Source: an uncultured Chloroflexia bacterium | GTDB taxonomy: Bacteria > Chloroflexota > Chloroflexia > Thermomicrobiales > UBA6265 | Length of the DNA: 64,000 nucleotides | Assembly (NCBI GenBank): GCA_963724295.1 | Contig: CAVRUC010000009.1 | Span: 1-64,000, forward strand | Direction of reading: 5' to 3' | Shown here: positions 54,512 through 64,000 of the stretch, piece after piece | Layout: the number at the start of each line of letters is the position of its first letter | Position numbering within the stretch: position 1 is the first letter of the stretch | Translations under genes and position numbers: made by a program | The notes under the pieces: model-generated | What the model was told of the DNA's origin: nothing | Databases searched by the model: none | The model's input: the letters and a program-made list of their open reading frames with translations, nothing else

Positions 54512-55005
54512 CCGTCGGCTACCGTCGCTTCGGCCAGGGTCTCTTCGATGAGGCGCGATTGGGCGGCGGGGTCGAGCTCTTTTCTTACGATCCGCCCGGC
54601 GGCCATGACCGCCAGGTCAGCAAGTTCCTGGCGAAGCTGGAGGCGAGCCTGTTCCGTCTCCTGCCGCAGCGTTGACTGCGCGCGCGCGAGGTACTCCTCA
54701 GCCTGTTCGCCGGCTTCCTTTTGCGCCCGGGCGATCGTGGACTCGGAGACTTCCCGCGCCTGGCTGATGATCTGCTGTGCTTGCTGCCGCGCCTCGGAGA
54801 GGATCTCCTCGTTGCGCACGCTGGCCTGTGCCATCTCCGCCTTCATCGCGTCGGCGGCCGCCATGCTGTCCGAGATCCGCCGCGAGCGCTCGTCGAGCAT
54901 GTTGGTAATGGGGCCGAGGGCGTACTTCCAGAAGAGCAAGATGAAGACGATGAAGGCGATGAGCTGGACCGTCAGCCCCCAGGCATTGATACCAAGTTCG
55001 CCCAT
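54490..55005 (-). CDS. atpF: ATP synthase Fo b subunit
   Basis: N-terminal TM helix then Ala/Glu/Gln coiled coil; operon position. Confidence 0.93.
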   Translation of the reverse strand: MGELGINAWGLTVQLIAFIVFILLFWKYALGPITNMLDERSRRISDSMAAADAMKAEMAQASVRNEEILSEARQQAQQIISQAREVSESTIARAQKEAGEQAEEYLARAQSTLRQETEQARLQLRQELADLAVMAAGRIVRKELDPAAQSRLIEETLAEATVADGSRSVGR

Positions 55006-55020
55006 ACGTTAACGACCTCC

Positions 55021-55107
55021 GGTCGTGGGTGGCGGGGTGTTAGGGTCGCAGGGTGGCAAGGCGTTTCGCTCTCCCGCCACCCGGCGACCCGGCGACCCGG
55101 CGACCCT
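55021..55107. repeat. GGGT(G/C)GC 8-mer inverted array
   Basis: gggtggcg gggtgtta gggtcgca gggtggca ... gccacccg gcgacccg gcgacccg gcgaccc; same family as 19456. Confidence 0.78.
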
Positions 55108-55109
55108 CG

Positions 55110-56416
<1,307 letters not shown>

Positions 56417-56425
56417 CCGCGGGCG

Positions 56426-56776
56426 TTACTCCTCGTAGCTTCCGTTCTCGCGCGCGGAGGCGCTCTGATCCCGCTCTCGCAAGGATCGCGCCGCGCGCTG
56501 AGAGGGCATAGGCAAGCGCGAGAGTGTCCGGGTCATCGGCCCGGGCCGCGCCGTCTTACTGCCCACCTTAGCCAGTTCCCAGAGCTGATAACCGGCCACC
56601 ACCAACCCGAGCGCCACACCAAGCAATGTCAACACCGGTGAGGTGCCAAACCGGGAATCGAGCCAGACGCCGCCGCCGATACACAATATGAGCGCCGCGA
56701 CGATGGAGCATCCGAGCCCTGTCGCGACGCCGACGGCGCGCAAGTCCTGCTGCTCCGGAGTTGGACCGTCTGCCAT
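56426..56776 (-). CDS. AtpZ/AtpI family small membrane protein
   Basis: GGGVWLDSRFGTSP..LLG...G two-TM motif; first gene of the atp operon. Confidence 0.85.
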   Translation of the reverse strand: MADGPTPEQQDLRAVGVATGLGCSIVAALILCIGGGVWLDSRFGTSPVLTLLGVALGLVVAGYQLWELAKVGSKTARPGPMTRTLSRLPMPSQRAARSLRERDQSASARENGSYEE

Positions 56777-56839
56777 GGCCGCCTCCGGTTTCTATCCGAC
56801 CAGAAATGGTACCACAGCGCAGTCGGCTGACGGCTATCC

Positions 56840-56970
56840 GGGTGACTGGGTGATGGGTAATGGGTGATGGGCTATCGGCTCACGATTGACGACGAATTTG
56901 GCACGCTCGAGGTGGGTAAAGACGGTGGGGGAAGGCATGCCGTACCCGTCACCGATCACCCATCACCGCG
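56840..56970. repeat. TGATGGG 7-mer tandem repeat with inverted CCCATCA-like copies
   Basis: gggtgatgggtaatgggtgatggg ... cccgtcaccgatcacccatcacc. Confidence 0.6.
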
Positions 56971-57002
56971 TCGCCTGGTACCAGCACACTGGCGGGCAAA
57001 GC

Positions 57003-57033
57003 GAGCAGCCGGTCCTATAGGGGCCGGCTGCTC
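57003..57033 (-). terminator. Hairpin downstream of the globin gene
   Basis: gagcagccggtcct-ata-ggggccggctgctc. Confidence 0.55.
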
Positions 57034-57053
57034 ATGACCACGCTCGAGATGTC

Positions 57054-57610
57054 CTAGTTGGAAGCGGATACGACCTCAGGCATGGCTGTCATATACGCGT
57101 CCACGAGCTCCTGCTTTTCCCGCTCCGGCACCTTGTAGAAGTCGAGGGCGCGAACGATCTCCGCCCCGACCTCGGCGAACTCCTCAGCGGTGAGGTGGAG
57201 GTCCTTGTGGGCTTCCTCCAGCGGCAAGCCGCTGTATTCATACGGGCCGCCGGCCAGGGCCGCGACCCATTGCGTGCGCCCGAACTTCAGACCCGGTAAC
57301 CGAAATTCGGCTTCCGATTCGTTCCACGCCTTGAGAGCGGGGTTTTCGTTGAGTTTCGGGTTGGTGATGATCTCGTCGCTGAAGCGGTCGACGACGGCGG
57401 CGATGGCGAAGATGCCCCCCAGCCGGTCATACAGACTCGGCTCCTCGGCCATGGCCGTGGCATCGTCGGACTGGGCATCGGCGCCGGCGACTCCGACGAT
57501 GCCGGCGCCAACCAGTCCGGCCGCGCCCGCCAGCGCAACCCGCCGCGTCAGGCCTGGTTCAGCGGGAGCGTCAGAAGGTTGCGCGAGGTGCTCACGTTGT
57601 CGTTGGTCAT
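57054..57610 (-). CDS. Group I truncated (2/2) hemoglobin with twin-arginine signal; probable frameshift near 57585
   Basis: SLYDRLGG, GGPYEYSG, EEAHKDL proximal His; LTRRVAL plus h-region plus ADA; SD ggaggg before ATG 57610 is out of frame by one. Confidence 0.8.
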
Positions 57611-57737
57611 GTTGCCCTCCAAATTCACTGCAACGCAGGTTCTCGATCGCACGCTGCCGAGGAGCGGATTGGGGCACACTGCGGCCCGAACTCGCTATCC
57701 ATCCAGAGCGTATAGAGGTGACCGCGGCCTGTCATGA

Positions 57738-58079
57738 CTATTTCGTCATGCGTCGTCGACCGCGGTCGAGGAGCACGAATCGGTAGCCCTTGCCGGGTAC
57801 GGTGGCGATGTACCGGGGACGGCGCCAGTCGTCCTGGAGCTTCGCCCGCAGCGTACGAATCTGGCGGTCCACGACGTTGCTCCCGGCTGCGTAGTCGCCA
57901 CCCCAGAGGTGATCCAGGATCTCGTCGCGCGTCAGCACCCGCCCGGGGTTGGCCGCCAGCAGATAGAGCAAGCTCAGCTCCAGCGGTGTCAGGTGCAGGT
58001 CCTGGCCGTCGACCCGCACCCGGCGGTGCAGGATGTCGATCTCCAGCTCGCCGAAGCGAATCACTGGTGTGAACATCAC
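57738..58079 (-). CDS. Stand-alone OmpR/PhoB-type winged-helix DNA-binding domain
   Basis: LTPLELSLL, GRVLTRDEIL..WG, NVVDRQIRTLRAKL, IATVPGKGYRF; no receiver domain. Confidence 0.85.
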   Translation of the reverse strand: MMFTPVIRFGELEIDILHRRVRVDGQDLHLTPLELSLLYLLAANPGRVLTRDEILDHLWGGDYAAGSNVVDRQIRTLRAKLQDDWRRPRYIATVPGKGYRFVLLDRGRRRMTK

Positions 58080-58148
58080 GGCCTCTTCGCGCGAACGGGC
58101 GCCGGTCCCGAACCGCTGTCGCGCCGCCCGAGCCCACGCTGGCGGTCA

Positions 58149-58997
58149 TCACGATGTGGCAAACGCATAGCGCAAGAAGAGATGGTCGCCGCCTCGCTTG
58201 AGACCGACGAGCGTTCCCCAGACGGGATGTTCGGGGGCAAACAATTTCCCGCTGACGAGTCCCGGCCGTTCGATCCCGCCGTCCCGGCCAGCCACCTGAG
58301 GCGCCAGTGTCAGGAACAGCTCGTCGAGCAATCGCTCGGCGAAGAAATCACTCATCAGACGCGGCCCGGCTTCGACCAGCACCAGATCGCTTTTCCGGGC
58401 GCGGCCAACCGCGTCCAGTACCGCTTGGGCGCAGAGCGGCCCGTCCTCGGCGACAGCCTCGACCCGAGCGGACGGTGGCAGATCGCGATCGCGCAGGCGC
58501 CGCGCGCCGGCGGCGGTCGTCACGATCAGCGACGGCACGGCGCCCGAGCGAAAGAGGCGCCGCTCGAGATCGATGTCGCCGCCGCCGGTGACGACGACGT
58601 TCAGCGGCGGCTCCGGCTTGCCCAACGCCGTGCGCAGCTCCCGATAGGCATCGGCGAGCCGCGGGTAGATGTACTCGGCGGTCCACTCGTGGTCGGCGGA
58701 CGATGCCCGTAGAGTTCCCGCGCCCACCACGACCGCGTCGGCGGCGGCGCGCAGCACTCCCATCACCATCCGGTCGTGAGGGTTGAAGCCGCTGATCTCC
58801 CCGCCTCCCGCCTTGCCGGGGATGCCAAGTGAGACGACACCGTCCAAGGTGGAGACGAAGTTACCGATCACATGGGGCCGATCCGCGTGACGCGGCGTGC
58901 GCAGCTTTCCGTAAAGGCTGGCCAGCGCGCAGGGCAGCGGCAGCTCCTCCCCGGTGGTCGCGTCGAAGAGATCCTGCAATGGCGCCAGGGCGCTCAC
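58149..58997 (-). CDS. RibD C-terminal (DHFR-like) reductase
   Basis: NFVSTLDG, LRAAADAVVVGAGT, LVEAGP, LLDELFLTLAP. Confidence 0.88.
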   Translation of the reverse strand: MSALAPLQDLFDATTGEELPLPCALASLYGKLRTPRHADRPHVIGNFVSTLDGVVSLGIPGKAGGGEISGFNPHDRMVMGVLRAAADAVVVGAGTLRASSADHEWTAEYIYPRLADAYRELRTALGKPEPPLNVVVTGGGDIDLERRLFRSGAVPSLIVTTAAGARRLRDRDLPPSARVEAVAEDGPLCAQAVLDAVGRARKSDLVLVEAGPRLMSDFFAERLLDELFLTLAPQVAGRDGGIERPGLVSGKLFAPEHPVWGTLVGLKRGGDHLFLRYAFATS

Positions 58998-59665
58998 CGC
59001 TGCAGCCCGCAGGCGACGAAGAACTCGGAGCGGAGAGCAGGATTGTCGTCATACGCGCCCCGCCAGAAGGTGGTACGGGTCAATGGCGAAGCCTCCTGCA
59101 CCCCTCGCATCTGGGTGCAGAGGTGGTGAGCCTCCAGGTAGACGGCCACGCCGTGCGGAGCCAGCATCTCGTCCAGGGCATCGGCGATCTGCTGGCCGAC
59201 CCGCTCCTGGACGGTGAAGCGCCGCGCGAACAGACGAACGAGCCGCGTCAGCTTGGAGATGCCGATGATGTGCTCGTGGGCGATGTAGCCAACATAGGCA
59301 TGCCCGTAGAACGGGAGCGCGTGGTGCTCGCAGAGCGCGTAGAACTGAATTGGCCCTTCGATAACCTGGCTGAGGCGGCAGTCCGGCCCGCCACGGCACT
59401 CAGTCTCGAAGACCGTCAGGAGCTTGGGGTCACCGTCGTACCCGGCTGTCGCATCGAGCAGCGCCCGCACGAAGCGGCGCGGGGTGTCCACGGTGGCAGG
59501 CGAGTCCAGCTCCATGCCAAACGCACCGAACATCTCCGCCGCGTACTGCTCGAACCGGTGCAGCTGCTCATCTGATATGTCACGGCTCTGGAGGTCCATC
59601 ACCCCGACGGAGTCACCCTCCGCCTTTATTTCATTTGATGCGCGAGACAGTTCCATGACAGACAC
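58994..59665 (-). CDS. folE: GTP cyclohydrolase I
   Basis: TPRR, LCEHHALPF.G, GISKLTRLV, VQER, HLCTQMRG. Confidence 0.9.
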   Translation of the reverse strand: MSVMELSRASNEIKAEGDSVGVMDLQSRDISDEQLHRFEQYAAEMFGAFGMELDSPATVDTPRRFVRALLDATAGYDGDPKLLTVFETECRGGPDCRLSQVIEGPIQFYALCEHHALPFYGHAYVGYIAHEHIIGISKLTRLVRLFARRFTVQERVGQQIADALDEMLAPHGVAVYLEAHHLCTQMRGVQEASPLTRTTFWRGAYDDNPALRSEFFVACGLQR

Positions 59666-59731
59666 GAACGAACCCTCCTTTGCTTGCTTGCAGCTTTGAA
59701 CCTGAATGAATTCGGCTTGTGTTGGGAGCGA

Positions 59732-60945
59732 TCAATGCACTTGCACTCCGGCAGACGCCGTGAGCATGTGGCTCGAATGAATCACGTCGGGATCGGCGAT
59801 CAGGGCCCGGGCCGCATCGACCTGATTCCAGACGTTCCAGAGGAGCGCTCCTCGCACACGGCCTCCGCGACGGTAGGTGAGGACGCCCTTGCGGTACGGC
59901 TCCTCCCACTCGGCCACCACCTCGGACCGGGAATCGATATCCCCGACCGCTTCGTAGCCCAGATCGAACATGTCCGAGTAGAAGTAGGGGAGGTGCTCGT
60001 ACGGCTCCCGCTCGCCGGCCATCGCTCGTCCCGCGAGGCGGCCCATCGTGGTGGCGTTGTCCTCGTGTTCGACGCGGCGGCGTTGACCCAGCGCCGACTG
60101 CCAGTAGGCGGCAACGTCTCCCGCCGCAAAGACGTCGGGGTGACTGGTGCGGAGGAACGGGTCGACCACGATCCCATTCTCGACCGCCAGACCGGCCGCC
60201 AGTGCCAGATCGACATTGGGCATAGCGCCGATCCCGGCCACGATCCCGTCGACCTCGATTTGGCGCGTGGTCCCGGTCGTCTTGTCCAGCGCCGCGACCT
60301 TGAAGCGGCTGCCGCGCATCACCACGTCGGTGACCTTGGAATGGGCGATCAGCTCCACCCCGTGCTCCCGGTAAGTAGTCGTTGAGAAATTCGGCTCAGG
60401 TCAGCCGGAAAGAGGCGGCTGCCGATCCCCGCTTCGGGGAAGATCATGACGACCTCTTTGCCGTTCATAGCCAGGGCTGCCGCGATCTCCGAGCCGATGA
60501 ACCCACCGCCGATCACGGCGAAGCGCCGCCCGCGAGCCGCCTCCTGCCGCAGGCGCTGATAGTCCTTGACCGTGCGGTAGTAATTGATCCAGTGACCGCC
60601 GATGGGGAGGCGTCGTGGCGTCACACCCGTCGCGAGCAGCAGTTTGTCGAAGCCGTACTCGGTTCCCCGGTCATCGACGACGCGTTTGTGCTGGAGATCG
60701 AGCAGCCGGCCGGAGCGGCCGAGATGGATCTCAACGCCAAGCTGGTCGGTGCCGAGCCAGACGCTCTCCAGCGGTTTGCCCTGCCAGAGCTTCTTGGAAA
60801 GGGGTGGGCGCTTGTAAGGCGGGTCCGGTTCGGAGCTGATCAGACCGATCGTTCCGTCCGGATCGACCTCGCGAATTCCGTGGGCGGCGGCATCGGCCGC
60901 CATGCCGCCGCCGACGATGAGATAGGTGTACCTGGCATGATCCAT
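59732..60945 (-). CDS. FAD/NAD(P)H-dependent ferredoxin reductase-like oxidoreductase; frameshift near 60390
   Basis: IVGGGMAA, PYKRPPLSK, LLLATG, GGGFIGSE; then VFAAGDVA, RVEH, PYFYSD. Confidence 0.88.
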
Positions 60946-61160
60946 CGCTTCTGTCCTCCGTTGTTCCGTGAGCCGCTTCGTCCGTGGCCCCCGGTGAGCG
61001 GTAGCGAGCTCCGCCTGATCTGACCGTCTGGCGTCCGTTCGTCCTCCAGTCGAACGCGCCTCGATCGCCGGCAATCGGGCCGGCGGGCCGGAAGAAGTGG
61101 CGCTGTCAGGCCGCCACTGACCGATCTGTTCCTCGCAGCGTAGTTGAGACCGCACAGAAA

Positions 61161-61187
61161 GTCAAGATATATTTTGACAATCTTGAC
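61161..61187. promoter_or_regulatory. Inverted-repeat operator candidate in the divergent promoter region
   Basis: GTCAAGAT-N11-ATCTTGAC perfect 8-bp arms, AT-rich spacer containing TTGACA. Confidence 0.6.
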
Positions 61188-61232
61188 GATTGGTGCCCAA
61201 GGGGATACCCTGATGCACACGTGGAGGCGTGC

Positions 61233-61874
61233 ATGACAGCGATCGCAGGCGGGCGGGACGAACGGTTTTTCGCGAGTACGCGTGGGCAGGTAACCATGCT
61301 GCTGCGCCACGGCGAGCGCACCGTCGAGGAGTTAGCCCAGGCGCTCGGGTTGACCGACAACGCGGTGCGGGCGCACCTGGCCACCCTGGAACGGGATGGG
61401 CTCGTGCGCCAGTCTGGGCTACGGCGGGGAACGAGCAAACCAGCGTATGCCTATGCCCTGAGTCCTGCCGCCGAGCGGCTGTTCCCAAAGGCATACGGGA
61501 CGCTGTTGCGGTTGCTCCTGGACGTGCTCGCGGAGCGGCTTCCGCCATCGGCGGTCGATGACGCATTGCGCGACGTCGGTCATCGCGTTGCCGGCGCACA
61601 GGCGGCGCCGGCCGGAGAGCTGAGGGACCGGGTGGATCAGGCGCTCGCGGTCCTGGCAGACCTGGGAGGTCTCGCCGAGGCTGAAGAGCGCGAGGACGGA
61701 TTCCTCATCCGCGGCGCCAGCTGTCCCCTTGCGGCGGCGCTCCCCGGCCATCCTCAGGTCTGTCACTTGGCCGAGACGCTGCTCAGCGATCTGATCGGGG
61801 CTCCCGTCGCCGAGTGCTGCGAGCGTGGCGACCAGCCCCGATGTTGCTTCGCTGTGCCGGCGCCCACCGGCTAG
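61233..61874 (+). CDS. HTH transcriptional regulator, SufR-like with C-terminal Cys cluster
   Basis: TVEELAQALGLTDNAVRAHL..LERDGLV, FPKAY, SCPL...VC...CC...CCF. Confidence 0.85.
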   Translation: MTAIAGGRDERFFASTRGQVTMLLRHGERTVEELAQALGLTDNAVRAHLATLERDGLVRQSGLRRGTSKPAYAYALSPAAERLFPKAYGTLLRLLLDVLAERLPPSAVDDALRDVGHRVAGAQAAPAGELRDRVDQALAVLADLGGLAEAEEREDGFLIRGASCPLAAALPGHPQVCHLAETLLSDLIGAPVAECCERGDQPRCCFAVPAPTG

Positions 61875-62115
61875 GGACGGGGGCTGCAGTCATAGGAAAC
61901 GTGCCGCGCCTGGCACGGACACGTGGTCCATTTAGGGCCTTTGCTGAACAGCGTTCGGCAAGGGCCCTTCGTTGATGCTCGCCGCACTCCCGCGGCACGG
62001 TGGCAGTGTTTCTCCCGCCGAACCACTTGTGGCACGCGGCCTTGATGCCGCGCCCGGACTTGGTATCATGCCGTCCCGGCTTGATCGAGAGTTGACGTAA
62101 CACGGTGGAGAATCA

Positions 62116-63789
62116 GTGATGTCTACACGCAGTCATGACTCGTCCCATTCCACGATTACCGAGTCGCGTCTCGGTCGGCGCTCGCTGCTCAAGGGTGCTG
62201 CCGGTCTCGGCCTCGGCGCGTCCGCGCTTAGCGTTTTCCCTGGGACCGACTCAGCCCGCATTGCCCGTGCTCAGGCCGATCCCGCGACACTGACCGTCCC
62301 CGGCACGCCAAACGACTTCGACCCGCATTCCCAGTACGACGTTAACTCGGTCGTCGCCATGCGCGGCTTGTACGAGGGGCTCATCGTCCTCAAGGGGAGC
62401 GCCACCGACGAGTACGAGGGCCTCATCGCCGAGTCCTGGGAGGCCAACGACGACCAGAGCGTCTGGACCTTCCACCTCCGGGACGGCGTCACGTTCCAGG
62501 ACGGCTCGCCGTGCGACGCCGCGGCCGTCGTTGCCTCGTACACCCGGCTGCTCACGATGCAGAAGGGTGCGTGGAACGTCGTTGGACGCTTCGTCGAAGA
62601 TCCCGCTCAGATCACCGCGCCCGATCCCCGCACGGTCGTCTTCGATCTCGGGCGGCCGCAGCCGCTCTTTGAGGCCGCCATGGCCGCCACCTACGGCCCA
62701 CAGATCGTCAACGTCAAGGTCGCCATGGAGCACGAAGAGGACGGCGATCAGGGCAACGCCTGGCTGACGACGAACCCGGAGGGCGCCGGCACCGGTCCCT
62801 ACCGCCTCGCCAGCTTCGAGCCGAACACCGCTACGGTGCTGGAGAAGTACGATGGCTATTGGGGCGGGTGGGAGGGCGACCACTTCGAGCGGATCATCAT
62901 TCGTGTCATCGACTCCCCTGAGGTGATGCGTGAGCTGGTCGAGGCGGGCGAGGTCGACATCATCAACCGGTTCAATCTGCCGCCGACCGACTTCATCGCG
63001 CTGGAGTCCAATCCCGACCTGGTAACCGACTGGCAGCCGACCACGGAGGTCGTCTACCTACCGATGACCGAGACCGGTCCGCTGGCGAGCAAGGAGGCAC
63101 GGCAGGCGCTCTCGTACGCCTTCCCGTATCAGGAGGTGATACAGGGGTTCTACGAGGGCAAGGCTACGCAGCCGCGGGGCTTTGTCGCGCAGACGATCAA
63201 CGGCTACAACCCGGACACCTTCCAATACAGCACCGACCTGGACAAGGCCAGGGAGCTGCTCGCGGCCGCGGGCATCGAGGAGGGCACAGAGCTCTTGCTC
63301 CAGATTCAAAGCTCGGCCAGCAACAACCTCATTGCGACGTTGTTCCAGGAGAATCTGGCGGAAGTTGGCATCACGCTCGCGATCGAGGCGGTCGACAATG
63401 CCACCGTCATCGGCACGTTCTACGGCGATCTCCCGCCGGAAGAGCGCCCGAACATCATGCTGTTCAACTGGTGGCCGGACTACAACGATGCCTGGAACCA
63501 GCTCGATCCGCTGGTCCGCTGCGAGCCCCATGGCTCGGCCAACGGCGGCTACTACTGCAATGAGGAGGTCGACGCCCTTCTTGACACGGCGCGTGACGCG
63601 GCGACGGCCGACGAGTACCAGGAGGCGGTCTTCCGGCTGCAGGAGATCCTCGCCGAAGACCCGGCCGCGATCTACATGGCGGAGCCGACCTGGGTCACCG
63701 TCCTCCAGAACGACATTCAGGGCTGGGCCTTCAACCCGATCTACCTCGGTCAGGTTGACTTCTACAAGCTGAGCCGCGCCGCGTCTTGA
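62116..63789 (+). CDS. Peptide/nickel-family (class 5) ABC substrate-binding protein with Tat signal
   Basis: LGRRSLLK; YEGL, WTFHLRDGVTFQDG, GTGPY, RQALSYA. Confidence 0.92.
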   Translation: MMSTRSHDSSHSTITESRLGRRSLLKGAAGLGLGASALSVFPGTDSARIARAQADPATLTVPGTPNDFDPHSQYDVNSVVAMRGLYEGLIVLKGSATDEYEGLIAESWEANDDQSVWTFHLRDGVTFQDGSPCDAAAVVASYTRLLTMQKGAWNVVGRFVEDPAQITAPDPRTVVFDLGRPQPLFEAAMAATYGPQIVNVKVAMEHEEDGDQGNAWLTTNPEGAGTGPYRLASFEPNTATVLEKYDGYWGGWEGDHFERIIIRVIDSPEVMRELVEAGEVDIINRFNLPPTDFIALESNPDLVTDWQPTTEVVYLPMTETGPLASKEARQALSYAFPYQEVIQGFYEGKATQPRGFVAQTINGYNPDTFQYSTDLDKARELLAAAGIEEGTELLLQIQSSASNNLIATLFQENLAEVGITLAIEAVDNATVIGTFYGDLPPEERPNIMLFNWWPDYNDAWNQLDPLVRCEPHGSANGGYYCNEEVDALLDTARDAATADEYQEAVFRLQEILAEDPAAIYMAEPTWVTVLQNDIQGWAFNPIYLGQVDFYKLSRAAS

Positions 63790-63896
63790 TTCTCCTTGCC
63801 GGCTAGCACAGTGCAAGTCGGTCAGTTGCGTCGACGCACAAAACCGTCACCGGTCAGCGATCACGGGGATGACGGGGCGGAGAACGGTTGGAGGAC

Positions 63897-64000
63897 ATGG
63901 AGGCGATGAACCACGGCATTCAAACCGCCGATCTGCCAGTCGTGACCTGTGCTGGCTCACCCGGCGAACGTGGTGAGCAGCACGGCGAAGCGCTGCGCGG
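63897..64000 (+). CDS. Partial gene, probable C45 family peptidase/acyltransferase N-terminus
   Basis: MEAMNHG...LPVVTCAGSPGERGEQHGEALR resembles the G.P.ERG.QHG start of C45 proteins; truncated by the window edge. Confidence 0.5.
   Translation, partial: MEAMNHGIQTADLPVVTCAGSPGERGEQHGEALR

Overview
A GC-rich bacterial chromosome segment, most likely Chloroflexota (Thermomicrobiales-like). That assignment is an inference from gene content, repeat style and signal peptides. Housekeeping and transport content: comM, two sugar/cyclitol ABC systems with iolE, yajQ, rimO, a CDP-alcohol phosphatidyltransferase/acyltransferase pair, a polyamine-type ABC system with catabolic enzymes, ycaQ, murA and a complete F1Fo ATP synthase operon. 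There is also a regulator/FAD reductase/folE/RibD-C/truncated-globin redox cluster. An accessory stretch at about 30.9-45.3 kb carries sulfotransferases and secreted proteins. About a dozen genes, including atpG, are broken by single indels; these look like long-read errors rather than true pseudogenes. At least five families of intergenic REP-like or short tandem repeats occur. The main points of interest are: (1) a prokaryotic pentameric ligand-gated ion channel, hidden by four frameshifts, 21 bp downstream of a PuuB-like amine oxidase; (2) four unrelated secreted proteins, mostly Cys-rich or knottin-like, sharing an exactly spaced M-x3-[RK]-F-D-x-L-[ST]-x7-[ST]-R-R leader; (3) a ~160 nt rod-shaped, 6S-like RNA candidate; (4) the pterin/Tat-globin redox module. 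I saw no rRNA, tRNA, CRISPR array or transposase.
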